A DNA stretch of 64,000 nucleotides from an uncultured Chloroflexia bacterium (GTDB lineage Bacteria; Chloroflexota; Limnocylindria; Limnocylindrales; CSP1-4). A program made the position numbers and the translations under genes. The stretch covers positions 31,660 through 95,659 of the forward strand of contig CAWGTR010000013.1 of assembly GCA_963825545.1 (NCBI GenBank), given 5' to 3'. Shown in pieces: positions 45,058-53,751 of the stretch; position 1 is the stretch's first letter, and every line of letters begins with the position of its first letter. The notes below the pieces were generated by a model that was given only the letters and a program-made list of their open reading frames with translations, did not search any database and was not told the DNA's origin.

Positions 45058-47021
45058 CGTGGTCCCCCGAGGACGAGCGCGGCCAGGCCGAGGACGATCC
45101 CCGCGGTGCTCGCCCCGAGGACCGCCGGGCGAGACGCGTCGGGCAGGGTCCGCGGCAGGGTCCCGCCGCCGATGGCGAACCCGATGCCGACCACGCCGAG
45201 GACGAGCAGGAGCACCGCGGCGAGCAGACCCGGGTCGAGCGGCGGCGTCGCGCGACCCTCCGAGATCCCGGCGCTGTCGAGGGCGAACACGAACCGCTGG
45301 CGGGCCATCTCGGACCCCGACGGGTCCGTCGCGATGACCGTGGCGTCCCAGCGCGACCCCGGCGGGAGGGTCGCGTCGGTGACGAACTGCGGGGTGGCGC
45401 GCTCGAAGTCGGGTCGCATCGTCGTCCGCGAGCTCCCGACGTCCTGGTCGAGGCGGAGCAGCACGAGCTCGACCGAGGAGCCCTGCGGAGGCGCCGTCGG
45501 GAGGCCTGCCTCGAAGCCGTTCGGCCCGGGACGGCCGGGGAGCAGCGCGAGCGTTGCCGGCTCGGCCGAGACGACGGTGCTCGGTGCGGGCGCGATCGCC
45601 ACCGGCCGGTCGGACCCGGTCGGCGAGCCGCTCGTGAGGTTGGCCGTGATGGCCAGGACCGAGACGCCGAGGACGAGCTCGACGAGCAGGCGCCGCGACA
45701 GGCCGAGCCGGCGGATCCCGTCGCGGCCCCCGTCGAGGTAGTTCACGAGCCCCACAGCAAGGGCGAGGACGAAGACGAGGATCTTGACCAGCAGGTTGAT
45801 CCCGTACGGCGTGTCGAACCCGAGCAGGTCGCGCGTCTCGACCCAGTCGCCATAGATCCCGGTCAGCGCGATGAGGGCGACGGACACGAGCGCGAGGGCC
45901 GAGAAGCGGGGCACGACCCGGCCCAGCGCCCCGGGCTCCAGCCGGCTCTTGCCGCCGAAGTCGGTCAGCGCACCGAGCATCACCAGGCCGGCCAGCCAGA
46001 TGCTCGCGGCCATGAGATGAACGACGTCCATGGCGAGCGGGATCGGCGAGCTGAACGCGGATGCGTGGCCGCCGGCGGCCGTGAGGACGAGGCCCGCGAG
46101 ACCGGCGGCACCGGCCACGGCCAACGCGGCGGTGGGTGCACGGACGCCGCCGAACCGGGCGACGATGAGCACCACCAGCCCGCCGATGGCTCCGACGGCG
46201 ACCCGGGCCGTCAGGAGCTGTCCGATGCGCGTCCCGCCGGCAAAGCCGAGGTAGTCGGTCGCGCCCGACGGTCCGATGGCGGCGGGCACCGAGTCGGCAC
46301 CCACGACGAGCAGCAGGACGCAGCCCGCAGCGCCCGCGACGAGAGCGATCCCGGCGCCGTAGGCCGCGCCCCGCGGGATCCGTCCGAGCGCCGGGCCGAG
46401 GACGAGCCAGGCCAGGATCGCGAGCCCGAACGCGAGCATCGACCCGCCGTAGGCGAGGACCTTGCCCTGGATCTCGGCCGCGGCGGCCCCGCCCGAATGG
46501 CCGCCGTGCAGGTCGCCGCTCGACGAACCCGCGGCCCCCGGGCCCCCGGCGGCGCCGCCGGCCACCGACGCGTTGCCGACGCCGAACGTCAGGAAGCCCT
46601 GGGTGGTATGCCCGTCGGCCGCCGACAGCGCCCGCCAGTTCACCGTGTACAGCGTGTCGGCGGGCATCGCGGTCCCGGCTGGGATCGGGGCCACGAGGAT
46701 CCGCTGGTCGGCCGGGTCCGGCGCCCCGGCGCCGACGAGGACGGCCCGGCCGGTGCCGTCGAGCAGGTCAAGCGAGGTGTAGCGCGGGTCGATCGGCTCG
46801 CTGAACACGAGCCGGATCTCGGTCGGCGGCGCGGCCAGGGTCTCCCCGGCGCCCGGCTCGCTCGAGACGAGCTGCGAGTGGCCGAGCGCGACGAACCCGG
46901 CGGATCGATCCACGGCCGATCCGGCCAAGATCGGAGCGCCGAGCAGGACGCCGGCGGCCAGCCCCAGCGCCAGCAGCGCCGGTGAGGCGACGGGTGGACG
47001 CCGCATGGCGGGCGCCGTCAC
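45054..47021 (-). CDS. CopC-CopD fusion copper resistance/uptake protein with extra C-terminal extracytoplasmic domain
   Basis: Signal peptide, then CopC start GHSQLVSSEPGAGETL and ...ALSAADGHTTQG. A multi-TM CopD-like region, then a ~170-aa soluble domain and a final TM. Confidence 0.85.
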   Translation of the reverse strand: MTAPAMRRPPVASPALLALGLAAGVLLGAPILAGSAVDRSAGFVALGHSQLVSSEPGAGETLAAPPTEIRLVFSEPIDPRYTSLDLLDGTGRAVLVGAGAPDPADQRILVAPIPAGTAMPADTLYTVNWRALSAADGHTTQGFLTFGVGNASVAGGAAGGPGAAGSSSGDLHGGHSGGAAAAEIQGKVLAYGGSMLAFGLAILAWLVLGPALGRIPRGAAYGAGIALVAGAAGCVLLLVVGADSVPAAIGPSGATDYLGFAGGTRIGQLLTARVAVGAIGGLVVLIVARFGGVRAPTAALAVAGAAGLAGLVLTAAGGHASAFSSPIPLAMDVVHLMAASIWLAGLVMLGALTDFGGKSRLEPGALGRVVPRFSALALVSVALIALTGIYGDWVETRDLLGFDTPYGINLLVKILVFVLALAVGLVNYLDGGRDGIRRLGLSRRLLVELVLGVSVLAITANLTSGSPTGSDRPVAIAPAPSTVVSAEPATLALLPGRPGPNGFEAGLPTAPPQGSSVELVLLRLDQDVGSSRTTMRPDFERATPQFVTDATLPPGSRWDATVIATDPSGSEMARQRFVFALDSAGISEGRATPPLDPGLLAAVLLLVLGVVGIGFAIGGGTLPRTLPDASRPAVLGASTAGIVLGLAALVLGGPR

Positions 47022-47638
47022 CCGGTCGGCCGGCGTCGACCGGCGAGGGCGATGCCGAGCGCCAGCAACCCGACCACGAGCCCGGCGCCGCCGAGCAGGA
47101 GCGCGACTGTGACCTGGCCGGCCGCGTCGGCGCCTTTGTTGGCCGCGGCGGAGAGCTCGGCGATCGTCGGGAGCGTCGACGGGAACTGCCCGGCAGTCGC
47201 CTCCTGGACCTCGTCGAACCCGGACGGGCTCGACGTGAACGACTCGTCCAGGGCCGTGCCTTCGAGCATCCCCGTGAGATGGAACGTGTACTTCCCGGCG
47301 GCAGTCGGGATGAACACCGACTCGTACCAGCCCGGCTCATCCTCGCGCTCCGTCAGCGGGAGGTCGCGCGTCGCCGATCCGTAGATGACCTCCGCCTTGA
47401 CCGTCTTGTCGAGGCCCGAGACCGGCTGATCGGCCTTCGTGACATGGAACTCGAGGCCGCTTCGCTCGCCGACGTACACCGGCTCCGCGATGAAGCCGAC
47501 CTCGAGCGAGTAGTCGCCCACGTCGCGCTCCTCGTGGGCGAGCACCGGCGCCGTGACGAGCCCGACGAGCAGGCCGGCGAGGCCGGCGGCACCGAGCCGC
47601 CGGAGCGCGCTCCGGCGGGGCACGGATCGAAGATCCAT
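47018..47638 (-). CDS. secreted, C-terminally anchored protein of the copper cluster (YcnI-like architecture)
   Basis: Tat/Sec-like leader ending VLAHEE, so the mature N-terminal residue is predicted His. Beta-rich domain and C-terminal TM helix. The sequence match to DUF1775 itself was not verified. Confidence 0.5.
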   Translation of the reverse strand: MDLRSVPRRSALRRLGAAGLAGLLVGLVTAPVLAHEERDVGDYSLEVGFIAEPVYVGERSGLEFHVTKADQPVSGLDKTVKAEVIYGSATRDLPLTEREDEPGWYESVFIPTAAGKYTFHLTGMLEGTALDESFTSSPSGFDEVQEATAGQFPSTLPTIAELSAAANKGADAAGQVTVALLLGGAGLVVGLLALGIALAGRRRPTG

Positions 47639-47695
47639 CGATGGGACTCCCTGGGCGGCGATGCCATTTCAGGCGACGCCGCGATGGGACGAGCC

Positions 47696-47715
47696 GCCTG
47701 CCCGTCGGGGCAGGC
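47696..47715. terminator. 8-bp stem / 4-nt loop GC hairpin (gcctgccc gtcg gggcaggc)
   Basis: Starts 17 nt downstream of the stop (47732) of the minus-strand membrane-protein gene and upstream of the copper operon start (47638). Confidence 0.4.
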
Positions 47716-47731
47716 CGCGCTCGCCTGGCGG

Positions 47732-48436
47732 TCAGGCGAGGTCGGGCGGCGCACGACCGGCATCGAGCCGGACGAGGATGCGGCCGTGGGCGACGGCCGC
47801 CGCGACATCCAGCCAGCCCGGCGCCGGATGCCGGGCGGCCAGGCCTCGCTGGAGCGGTCGATGGAGCCGCCCGGCGAGCCGGTGCTCAAGGACGGCGATC
47901 CGCCAGCGGACCGCGGCCCCGATCGCGGCGGCGGCGAAGGTCACCAGTCCGATCACCGGAAGCGCGAGCGGGTACTCCGGCCCGACCAGCGCTCCGAGCC
48001 CGATGAGATGGTGATGGCCGGCCAGGTGCTCCACGTTCTCCTGGACCGCGAAGGCGGTCGTGGTCAGCGCGAACAGGGCGAGCCACAACCGGCGCAGCTC
48101 GGTTCGGTACGCCGGCGCGCTCCGGTGCGCGTGCGATCTCACGGCTTCGGCGCTGCCGACGGACGGCCGCGAGGGCCCGCTCGAGACGACGAGGCGGCCG
48201 ATCCGGACCGCCGACCACAGGCCGAGGAGCGTCAGCGCGGACGTCGCCACGACGGTGAACACCGGCCAGTAGCCGTCATGGCCGCCCTGACTCATCGCAC
48301 GGACAAACCCGCCGCCCAGCCCGTACTCCGCGGCGAAGACGGCATCGTGGGCCACCGCGAGGCAGCCGACCGCGAGCAGGAGGAACCGGATCGCCCCCAG
48401 GACGCGTGCCGACCGCTGGGACGCCGCGAAGGTCAT
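47732..48436 (-). CDS. hypothetical membrane protein, His-rich loop
   Basis: ATG at 48436. Four or five hydrophobic segments. HLAGHHHLIG motif. No family recognised. Confidence 0.5.
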   Translation of the reverse strand: MTFAASQRSARVLGAIRFLLLAVGCLAVAHDAVFAAEYGLGGGFVRAMSQGGHDGYWPVFTVVATSALTLLGLWSAVRIGRLVVSSGPSRPSVGSAEAVRSHAHRSAPAYRTELRRLWLALFALTTTAFAVQENVEHLAGHHHLIGLGALVGPEYPLALPVIGLVTFAAAAIGAAVRWRIAVLEHRLAGRLHRPLQRGLAARHPAPGWLDVAAAVAHGRILVRLDAGRAPPDLA

Positions 48437-48479
48437 CGGACCGATGATACGGCGCACGCCGCGGGACGGCGCCCCGACG

Positions 48480-49121
48480 CTATGGACCGGCCGACGGCCC
48501 GGCACCCCACAGCCCGAGCCCGGCGGACCGGGCGGCTCGTTCGGCGGCGACGAACCGGTCGGCGTACTTCACGTCCGGCGGATCGGTCTCGACCTGGGCG
48601 AAGCCGCGGGCGACGAGCTCGAGGTCGACAAGCGTCCACCTGCCCCCATCGTCGAGCCAGACGTAGCGCAGGAGCCGTCCGTACTGGTCGGTCTCCGAGA
48701 CATCCTTCTCGAGGACGACGGTCCGCCCGGCGACGAGGGCGGCATTCGCCCGGCTCGCCTCGGGACCCATCCACTGGACGGGCGTGTCCGGCTTGACCGT
48801 CTCGGGCGTGTCCATCCCGATGTAGCGGAGGCGCTCGTCGCGACCGCCGATCCGGACGATGATCGTGTCCCCGTCGACGACCCGGACGACCGGCGCCGTC
48901 TCGGTCGGCCCGGTCGGCCGGAACCCCGAGTCCGGGCCGGATGCCGGAGCGCCCGCGCCCACCCCGCTCGCGGGGGTCGTGCCTGCACCGGCCCCGGTGG
49001 CGGCCGGGCCGTCCGCCGAGGTCGGGCCGGCCGTCCCGCCGTCGCAGCCCGCGACGAGGACCGCCGCGAACGCGACCGGGAGCAGCCAGCGAGTCCGCCA
49101 CCCGTTCACGCGCTCGACCAT
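48480..49121 (-). CDS. thermonuclease (staphylococcal nuclease-like) lipoprotein
   Basis: Lipobox LVAGC. SNase motifs VVRVVDGDTI, RLRYIGMDTPE and YGRLLRYVW. Confidence 0.85.
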   Translation of the reverse strand: MVERVNGWRTRWLLPVAFAAVLVAGCDGGTAGPTSADGPAATGAGAGTTPASGVGAGAPASGPDSGFRPTGPTETAPVVRVVDGDTIIVRIGGRDERLRYIGMDTPETVKPDTPVQWMGPEASRANAALVAGRTVVLEKDVSETDQYGRLLRYVWLDDGGRWTLVDLELVARGFAQVETDPPDVKYADRFVAAERAARSAGLGLWGAGPSAGP

Positions 49122-49152
49122 ACCGCCTCGCGATCACCGCCGCCGCGCGCAC

Positions 49153-49158
49153 TATGAT
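49153..49158 (+). promoter_or_regulatory. candidate -10 box TATGAT, 8 nt upstream of GTG 49167
   Basis: TAnnnT fit. Context ACTATGATGGCCG. Confidence 0.4.
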
Positions 49159-49166
49159 GGCCGCCC

Positions 49167-49862
49167 GTGACCACCGTCCTCCTCGTCCGCCACGGTCTCA
49201 CCGCGCTCACCAGCACGACGCTCCTCGGCTGGACCCCGGGCGTCCCGCTCGACGACACCGGTCGGGCCCAGGCCTCGGCCCTCGCCGCCCGCCTGCGCTC
49301 GGTCGCCCTCGACGCGATCGTCAGCTCGCCGCTCGAGCGTTGCCGGCAGACCGCGGAGCTGGTCGCCGCCGACCGGGATCCGGCGCCGCGGTTCGAGCTC
49401 GACGAGCGGCTGGCCGACGTTCGCTACGGGGATTGGACCGGCCGGACGTTCAAGGAGCTCCACCGCGACCCGTTGTGGAAGGCGATCCATCGCGATCCGT
49501 CGGCGTTCCGGTTCCCGGGCGGGGAGGCGCTCCACGAGATGGGCGCCCGCTCGGTGGCCGCCGTCCGCGACTGGAACGAGCGCCTCGGTCCCGACGCGAC
49601 GTACCTCGTCGCCAGCCACGCCGACCCGATCCGGGCGGTCCTCGCCGACGCCCTCGGACTCGCCTTCGCCGGCTACCTCCGGCTGGTCGTGGGCCCGGCG
49701 TCGCTGAGCGTCATCCGCTACGGCCCGGGCGGCGCCACCGTCCTCCGGGTCAACGACGCCGGCGGCGATCCGACCGACCTGCTGGCGACGAAGAGGAGAG
49801 TACCGGGGCGACGCTCGGGTTCGAGCAGCACCCGCCAGGGTCGTCCCGGCCAGATGTCGTAG
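49167..49862 (+). CDS. histidine phosphatase family protein (MSMEG_4193-type putative phosphomutase)
   Basis: GTG start. LLVRHGLT catalytic RHG motif and a later SHADPIRA. TATGAT box 8 nt upstream of the start. Confidence 0.85.
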   Translation: MTTVLLVRHGLTALTSTTLLGWTPGVPLDDTGRAQASALAARLRSVALDAIVSSPLERCRQTAELVAADRDPAPRFELDERLADVRYGDWTGRTFKELHRDPLWKAIHRDPSAFRFPGGEALHEMGARSVAAVRDWNERLGPDATYLVASHADPIRAVLADALGLAFAGYLRLVVGPASLSVIRYGPGGATVLRVNDAGGDPTDLLATKRRVPGRRSGSSSTRQGRPGQMS

Positions 49863-49871
49863 AGTCAGGCC

Positions 49872-50441
49872 ATGTCCCGTCGCGTCTACACCTTCGATGC
49901 CCCGGACCGGTTCGTCGCCGGCACGATCGGCGAGCCCGGCAGCCGCACGTTCTTCCTCCAGGCGCGCAAGGGTGGCGACGTGGTCTCGGTCGTGCTCGAG
50001 AAGACCCAGGTGGCGGTTCTCGCACAGCAGCTCGACGCGCTGCTCGACATCCTCGCCGACCGCGGAATCGAGAGCATCCCGGCCGAGGCCGACCCGGCGA
50101 CTGCCGACGACGGCCCGCTCGGCGAGCCGCTGGTCGAGGCGTTCCGGGTCGGCGAGATGGCGCTCGCCTGGGACGGCGACGACGATCGCGTGGTCATCGA
50201 GGCGGCGGCCATCGCCGAGGAGGACGCCGACGACGACGCGGCCGACACATCCGAGGTCGAGCCATCCGCCATGGACGGACCCGATCTCGTCCGGATCCGG
50301 ATCGACGGACCGACCGCCCGCGCGTTCGTCGCCCGGGCGGCCCGCGTGGTCGCCGCCGGTCGGCCGCTCTGCCCGCGCTGCGGTGAGCCGCTCGACCCCC
50401 AGGGCCACATCTGCGTCCGACCGAACGCCTACCTGAACTAA
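49872..50441 (+). CDS. DUF3090-family protein
   Basis: FVAGTIGEPGSRTFFLQA, acidic insert, C-terminal GRPLCPRCGEPLDPQGHICVRPNAY, as in DUF3090 proteins. Confidence 0.85.
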   Translation: MSRRVYTFDAPDRFVAGTIGEPGSRTFFLQARKGGDVVSVVLEKTQVAVLAQQLDALLDILADRGIESIPAEADPATADDGPLGEPLVEAFRVGEMALAWDGDDDRVVIEAAAIAEEDADDDAADTSEVEPSAMDGPDLVRIRIDGPTARAFVARAARVVAAGRPLCPRCGEPLDPQGHICVRPNAYLN

Positions 50442-50499
50442 GCGCCCGGCAGAAGAAGGCGACACCCGGGTCGGAAGGTGAAGCGCCGGCCTAGCCCCT

Positions 50500-51396
50500 T
50501 CACGGGGTCGCGCTGGGCGTCACCCTTGCGGGGGCGAATCGCAGGGAGTCCAGGACGCCCTGGACCTCAGCCGCGTCCTGCGCGGTCTGGCCCGCGGAGT
50601 CCCGTGTGTCGATCACGAGCCGTTGGCCATTGACGTCGAGGATCCACACTCGGTCGCGTTCATTGGGGCCGAGGGCGTCCCTCCCGCCCAGTGGAAGCTC
50701 CCAGACGAGGTACCCGTCCGGCGACAACGTGCAGCCGGCGAAGCTGGCGGGCGCCGTCAACGTGACGTACTTCCCCTGGTAGCCAGCCACTGTGACGTCG
50801 GTTGGCGTCGTCGCGTGGAGGCCTGGTATGTTCGCAAGAGCGGTCGCGAGATCGTCCACCGTCGGTCCCGGGAGCGGGCTGAGGAACCCCTTGTCGTAGT
50901 GACACGGATCGGCGTACACCGTGTCGAAGATCGAGAAGAACACGCCCTGGCCAGAGGAAGGCTCCAGATCCACGAAGTACGGGCCTCCGATATTCCCGTT
51001 CCAGCCAGCCGGCACCGAGACGTTGACCGGCACGAGGAATGGGTCGGCAATGGCGTAGGTTCCGGGCTCCAGCGATCTCGGAACCGAGCCAACGCTTAGC
51101 GCGAGCGGGGTCGGCGTCGGCGTCGGGCTCGGCGTCGGGGCCGGGCCTCCGATGCGACTGTTCCCCGATGGAATCAGATTGATGCCGACGAAGGCGACGA
51201 CGAGGATCGCCGCCACCCCCGCCGCAAGGCGGATCGGAACACTCATGGAAGAGAACCTCCGCACCGGCCACGAGGCACGGCGCTGTCGGGTGACATGGAT
51301 CTCGTCGAGGGCGGCCTGGAGCGCTCGATCGGACATCTCGGTCGGCCCATCCTCGAGCCAGAGCCGTGCCGTCCGGTCGAAGTCGTTCTCGGTCAT
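50500..51396 (-). CDS. anti-sigma-factor-like membrane protein with unknown ~200-aa extracytoplasmic domain
   Basis: ATG at 51396 overlaps the sigma stop (ATGA). The N-domain MTENDFDRTARLWLEDGPTEMSDRAL is paralogous to the 38441-39700 product. TM LAAGVAAILVVAFVGINL, then a (PT)n linker. Confidence 0.7.
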   Translation of the reverse strand: MTENDFDRTARLWLEDGPTEMSDRALQAALDEIHVTRQRRASWPVRRFSSMSVPIRLAAGVAAILVVAFVGINLIPSGNSRIGGPAPTPSPTPTPTPLALSVGSVPRSLEPGTYAIADPFLVPVNVSVPAGWNGNIGGPYFVDLEPSSGQGVFFSIFDTVYADPCHYDKGFLSPLPGPTVDDLATALANIPGLHATTPTDVTVAGYQGKYVTLTAPASFAGCTLSPDGYLVWELPLGGRDALGPNERDRVWILDVNGQRLVIDTRDSAGQTAQDAAEVQGVLDSLRFAPARVTPSATP

Positions 51397-51950
51397 GCCA
51401 TCCGCTCCCGCGAGGCTGGTGTCGGGGTCCGGGCGTCGGCCTCGAGGGCCGCGCGCAAGCTCGACGTTGCGTAGTGGAGCCTCGATTTGACCGTCCCCAG
51501 CGGAATGCCGAGCGTTTCGGCGATCTCGCCGAGCGGCCAACCGAGGTAGTGGTGAAGCACGAAAACGGCGCATTGCTCCGGCGGCAGTCGCCGGAAGCCG
51601 CGGTCGAGCGCGTCGCGCGTCGCGACGCCTAGGGTCGTATCGGGTGTTGCCGGCCCGTCGACCGACAGCATCCGGACGTTGGCGGACCAGCGCCGCGCCC
51701 GCTTTGCCTCGGCGTAGCAGGCGTGAACCAGGATCCGGTGGATCCAGGCCTCGAACCGATCGACCTCGCGGAGCTCCGGAAGCTGCCGCCAGGCCGTGAC
51801 GAGAGTCTGCTGCACGGCATCCTCGGCCCGCCCGACGTCACGCAGGATCCGATGCGCAACGGCGAAGAGCCGATCAGCCGAGCCACGGGCGATCGAGGCG
51901 AATGCCTCTTCGTCCCCGGACCGTGCCGCCTCTATGAGGGTCCGGTCCAC
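51393..51950 (-). CDS. ECF-type RNA polymerase sigma factor (paralog of 39697-40248)
   Basis: GTG at 51950 after GGGGGAG. Clearly paralogous by eye to the other ECF sigma (VHACYAEA, FRRL.PEQ, VLHHYLG.PL.E.A.TLGIP.GT.KSRLHYA, ALEADAR). Confidence 0.9.
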   Translation of the reverse strand: MDRTLIEAARSGDEEAFASIARGSADRLFAVAHRILRDVGRAEDAVQQTLVTAWRQLPELREVDRFEAWIHRILVHACYAEAKRARRWSANVRMLSVDGPATPDTTLGVATRDALDRGFRRLPPEQCAVFVLHHYLGWPLGEIAETLGIPLGTVKSRLHYATSSLRAALEADARTPTPASRERMA

Positions 51951-52178
51951 TCTGCCACTCCCCCGTCCGCACGCCCCGTGTGGGACGTGTCACCCATCAT
52001 GAGTCGAGGAATGGCGAGAAGGTTTGAAGATCGCGACGACCGGATCGCGCGTCGACGCGAAGCACTCGTTGCCACAGCCCGGCCGGGGCTGCCACGCTAG
52101 GCTGCAGCCGGGCGCCTCCATCACGCCCGACCGAGGCCGCGGGCCACGGCACTCAACGGGTTTGGATTTCAGCAGTTC

Positions 52179-53027
52179 GTGATGCACGATCCACCATTCA
52201 CGCGCGGGGCCGGCCTTCCCGAACGAAGCCCGGACGCGCTCGCGCTCCTCCGCGAGGGCGAGCTCGAGGTCCGGGGCCGGCTCACGGTCTCGTCGAATGC
52301 CGCGCTCGTCGGCACGATCGCCCTCGCGACCCCTGCCGGTGAGCCCGACCGTCGGCTCGGCGGTCCCGGCGGGCTCCTCGATCAACTCCTCGGCGAAGCG
52401 GAACCCGAGCCCGGCCAGGTCATCGCGGCGGTCGTCTACAAGCCGATCGCGTTCGAGCGCCCGCTGTGGGACTTCCCCGACGGGACGCTCGCCCATCGCG
52501 AGGTGGCGGCCTACCTCGCGTCGGAGGCGACCGGCTGGCGGATCGTCCCGCCGACCGTTCTTCGGGACGGGCCGGCCGGACCGGGCATGGTCCAGCTGTG
52601 GCTCGACGAGGACGCGACGACCGACGCCTGGGAGCTCGTCGAGACCGCCGACCCGCGGCTCCGGCCGATGGCCCTGCTCGACGCCGTCCTCAACAACACG
52701 GATCGGAAGGGCGGCCACATCGTACCGGTCCGGGACGGGCTCGACGTCCACCTCTACGGCGTCGACCATGGCGTGTGCTTCTCCACCGATCCGAAGCTCC
52801 GGACGGTCCTCTGGGCGTGGCGCAACGAGCCGATCGAGCCGATCGAGCTCGACGTCCTCGGCCGACTCCGCGCGGCGCTCGACGACGCGCTCGGCAGCGC
52901 GCTCGGGGAGCTGCTCGACCCGGCCGAGGTCGCGGCGACCGGCGCACGACTCGACGCGCTCCTCGACTCGGCCCGCTTCCCGATGCCGTCGCCCGACTGG
53001 CCGGCCGTCCCGTGGCCGCCGTACTGA
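52179..53027 (+). CDS. SCO1664-family (PI3/4-kinase-fold-like) protein
   Basis: VYKP...ERPLWDFP.GTLA.REVAAY, NNTDRKGGH and GVDHGVCF motifs. Confidence 0.8.
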   Translation: MMHDPPFTRGAGLPERSPDALALLREGELEVRGRLTVSSNAALVGTIALATPAGEPDRRLGGPGGLLDQLLGEAEPEPGQVIAAVVYKPIAFERPLWDFPDGTLAHREVAAYLASEATGWRIVPPTVLRDGPAGPGMVQLWLDEDATTDAWELVETADPRLRPMALLDAVLNNTDRKGGHIVPVRDGLDVHLYGVDHGVCFSTDPKLRTVLWAWRNEPIEPIELDVLGRLRAALDDALGSALGELLDPAEVAATGARLDALLDSARFPMPSPDWPAVPWPPY

Positions 53028-53130
53028 CGCCTGCGACCCGGGTACGAACGGATCGCCGAGCCTGGTACGGCGGGGGTCTGGTCCCGGTCCCCCATCCGTG
53101 GGAGCGTGACGCCACGCCCGGGAGTGGGAA

Positions 53131-53751
53131 GTGCCGATCCGGTTCGAGGCCTACACGTCAGAGGGGGTTCGGCGGGGAGTCGTCGACGGCGAAGCCCGTC
53201 TTGGCGACATCATCGAGGTCGAGCGCGAGGTCCGCGTGACGTCGGGCCATCTCGCCCCGCTCAACGGCTCCTTGCCCGTCGCCGACCCGCCAGGCGGCAT
53301 CCCGCTCGCGACCGACGACCTGTTCGTCGTCGTCGCGCCGGCCGACACCCCGGTCATCGTCCACCCGGCCTGGCACGACGTCCGCCTGATCGCCGGACCC
53401 TACCTGGTCACCGGGCGGATGCCGACCATGCCGGGCTTCGATCCGGCCCGCGCGCTCGCGAGGCCGACCGGCTCGTTCGTCCTGCTCGACCACGTCGAGC
53501 TCGCGCTCGCCCAGGATCCGGACGGCGGCTCGATCGAGCACGGCCTGGCGTGGGTCAATCGCTACGTCGTCGAGCGGGTCGAGAGCGACCTCGAGCTCGG
53601 GTTCTTCTTTCCGGGCGCCGAGTCGGTGATCGTCCAGGACACCTACGTCCCCGGCGGGACCGAGCCGGGCCAGGCCGCGCCGGCCGCGGCGCCCACGTCC
53701 GTGCCCGCCGCCGAGCCCGCCCCGGCCACCGCTCAGACCGGCGGCGGATAG
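53131..53751 (+). CDS. hypothetical protein (distant paralog of the 31181-31837 product) with Ala/Pro-rich tail
   Basis: GTG at 53131 after GGAGTGGG. Good GC3. No recognised family. Confidence 0.55.
   Translation: MPIRFEAYTSEGVRRGVVDGEARLGDIIEVEREVRVTSGHLAPLNGSLPVADPPGGIPLATDDLFVVVAPADTPVIVHPAWHDVRLIAGPYLVTGRMPTMPGFDPARALARPTGSFVLLDHVELALAQDPDGGSIEHGLAWVNRYVVERVESDLELGFFFPGAESVIVQDTYVPGGTEPGQAAPAAAPTSVPAAEPAPATAQTGGG

Noticed and set aside
46982-48796. 604-aa plus-strand ORF
   Set aside because: It is antisense to the copper-cluster gene, the membrane-protein gene and the nuclease gene. It reads as an Arg-rich shadow ORF.
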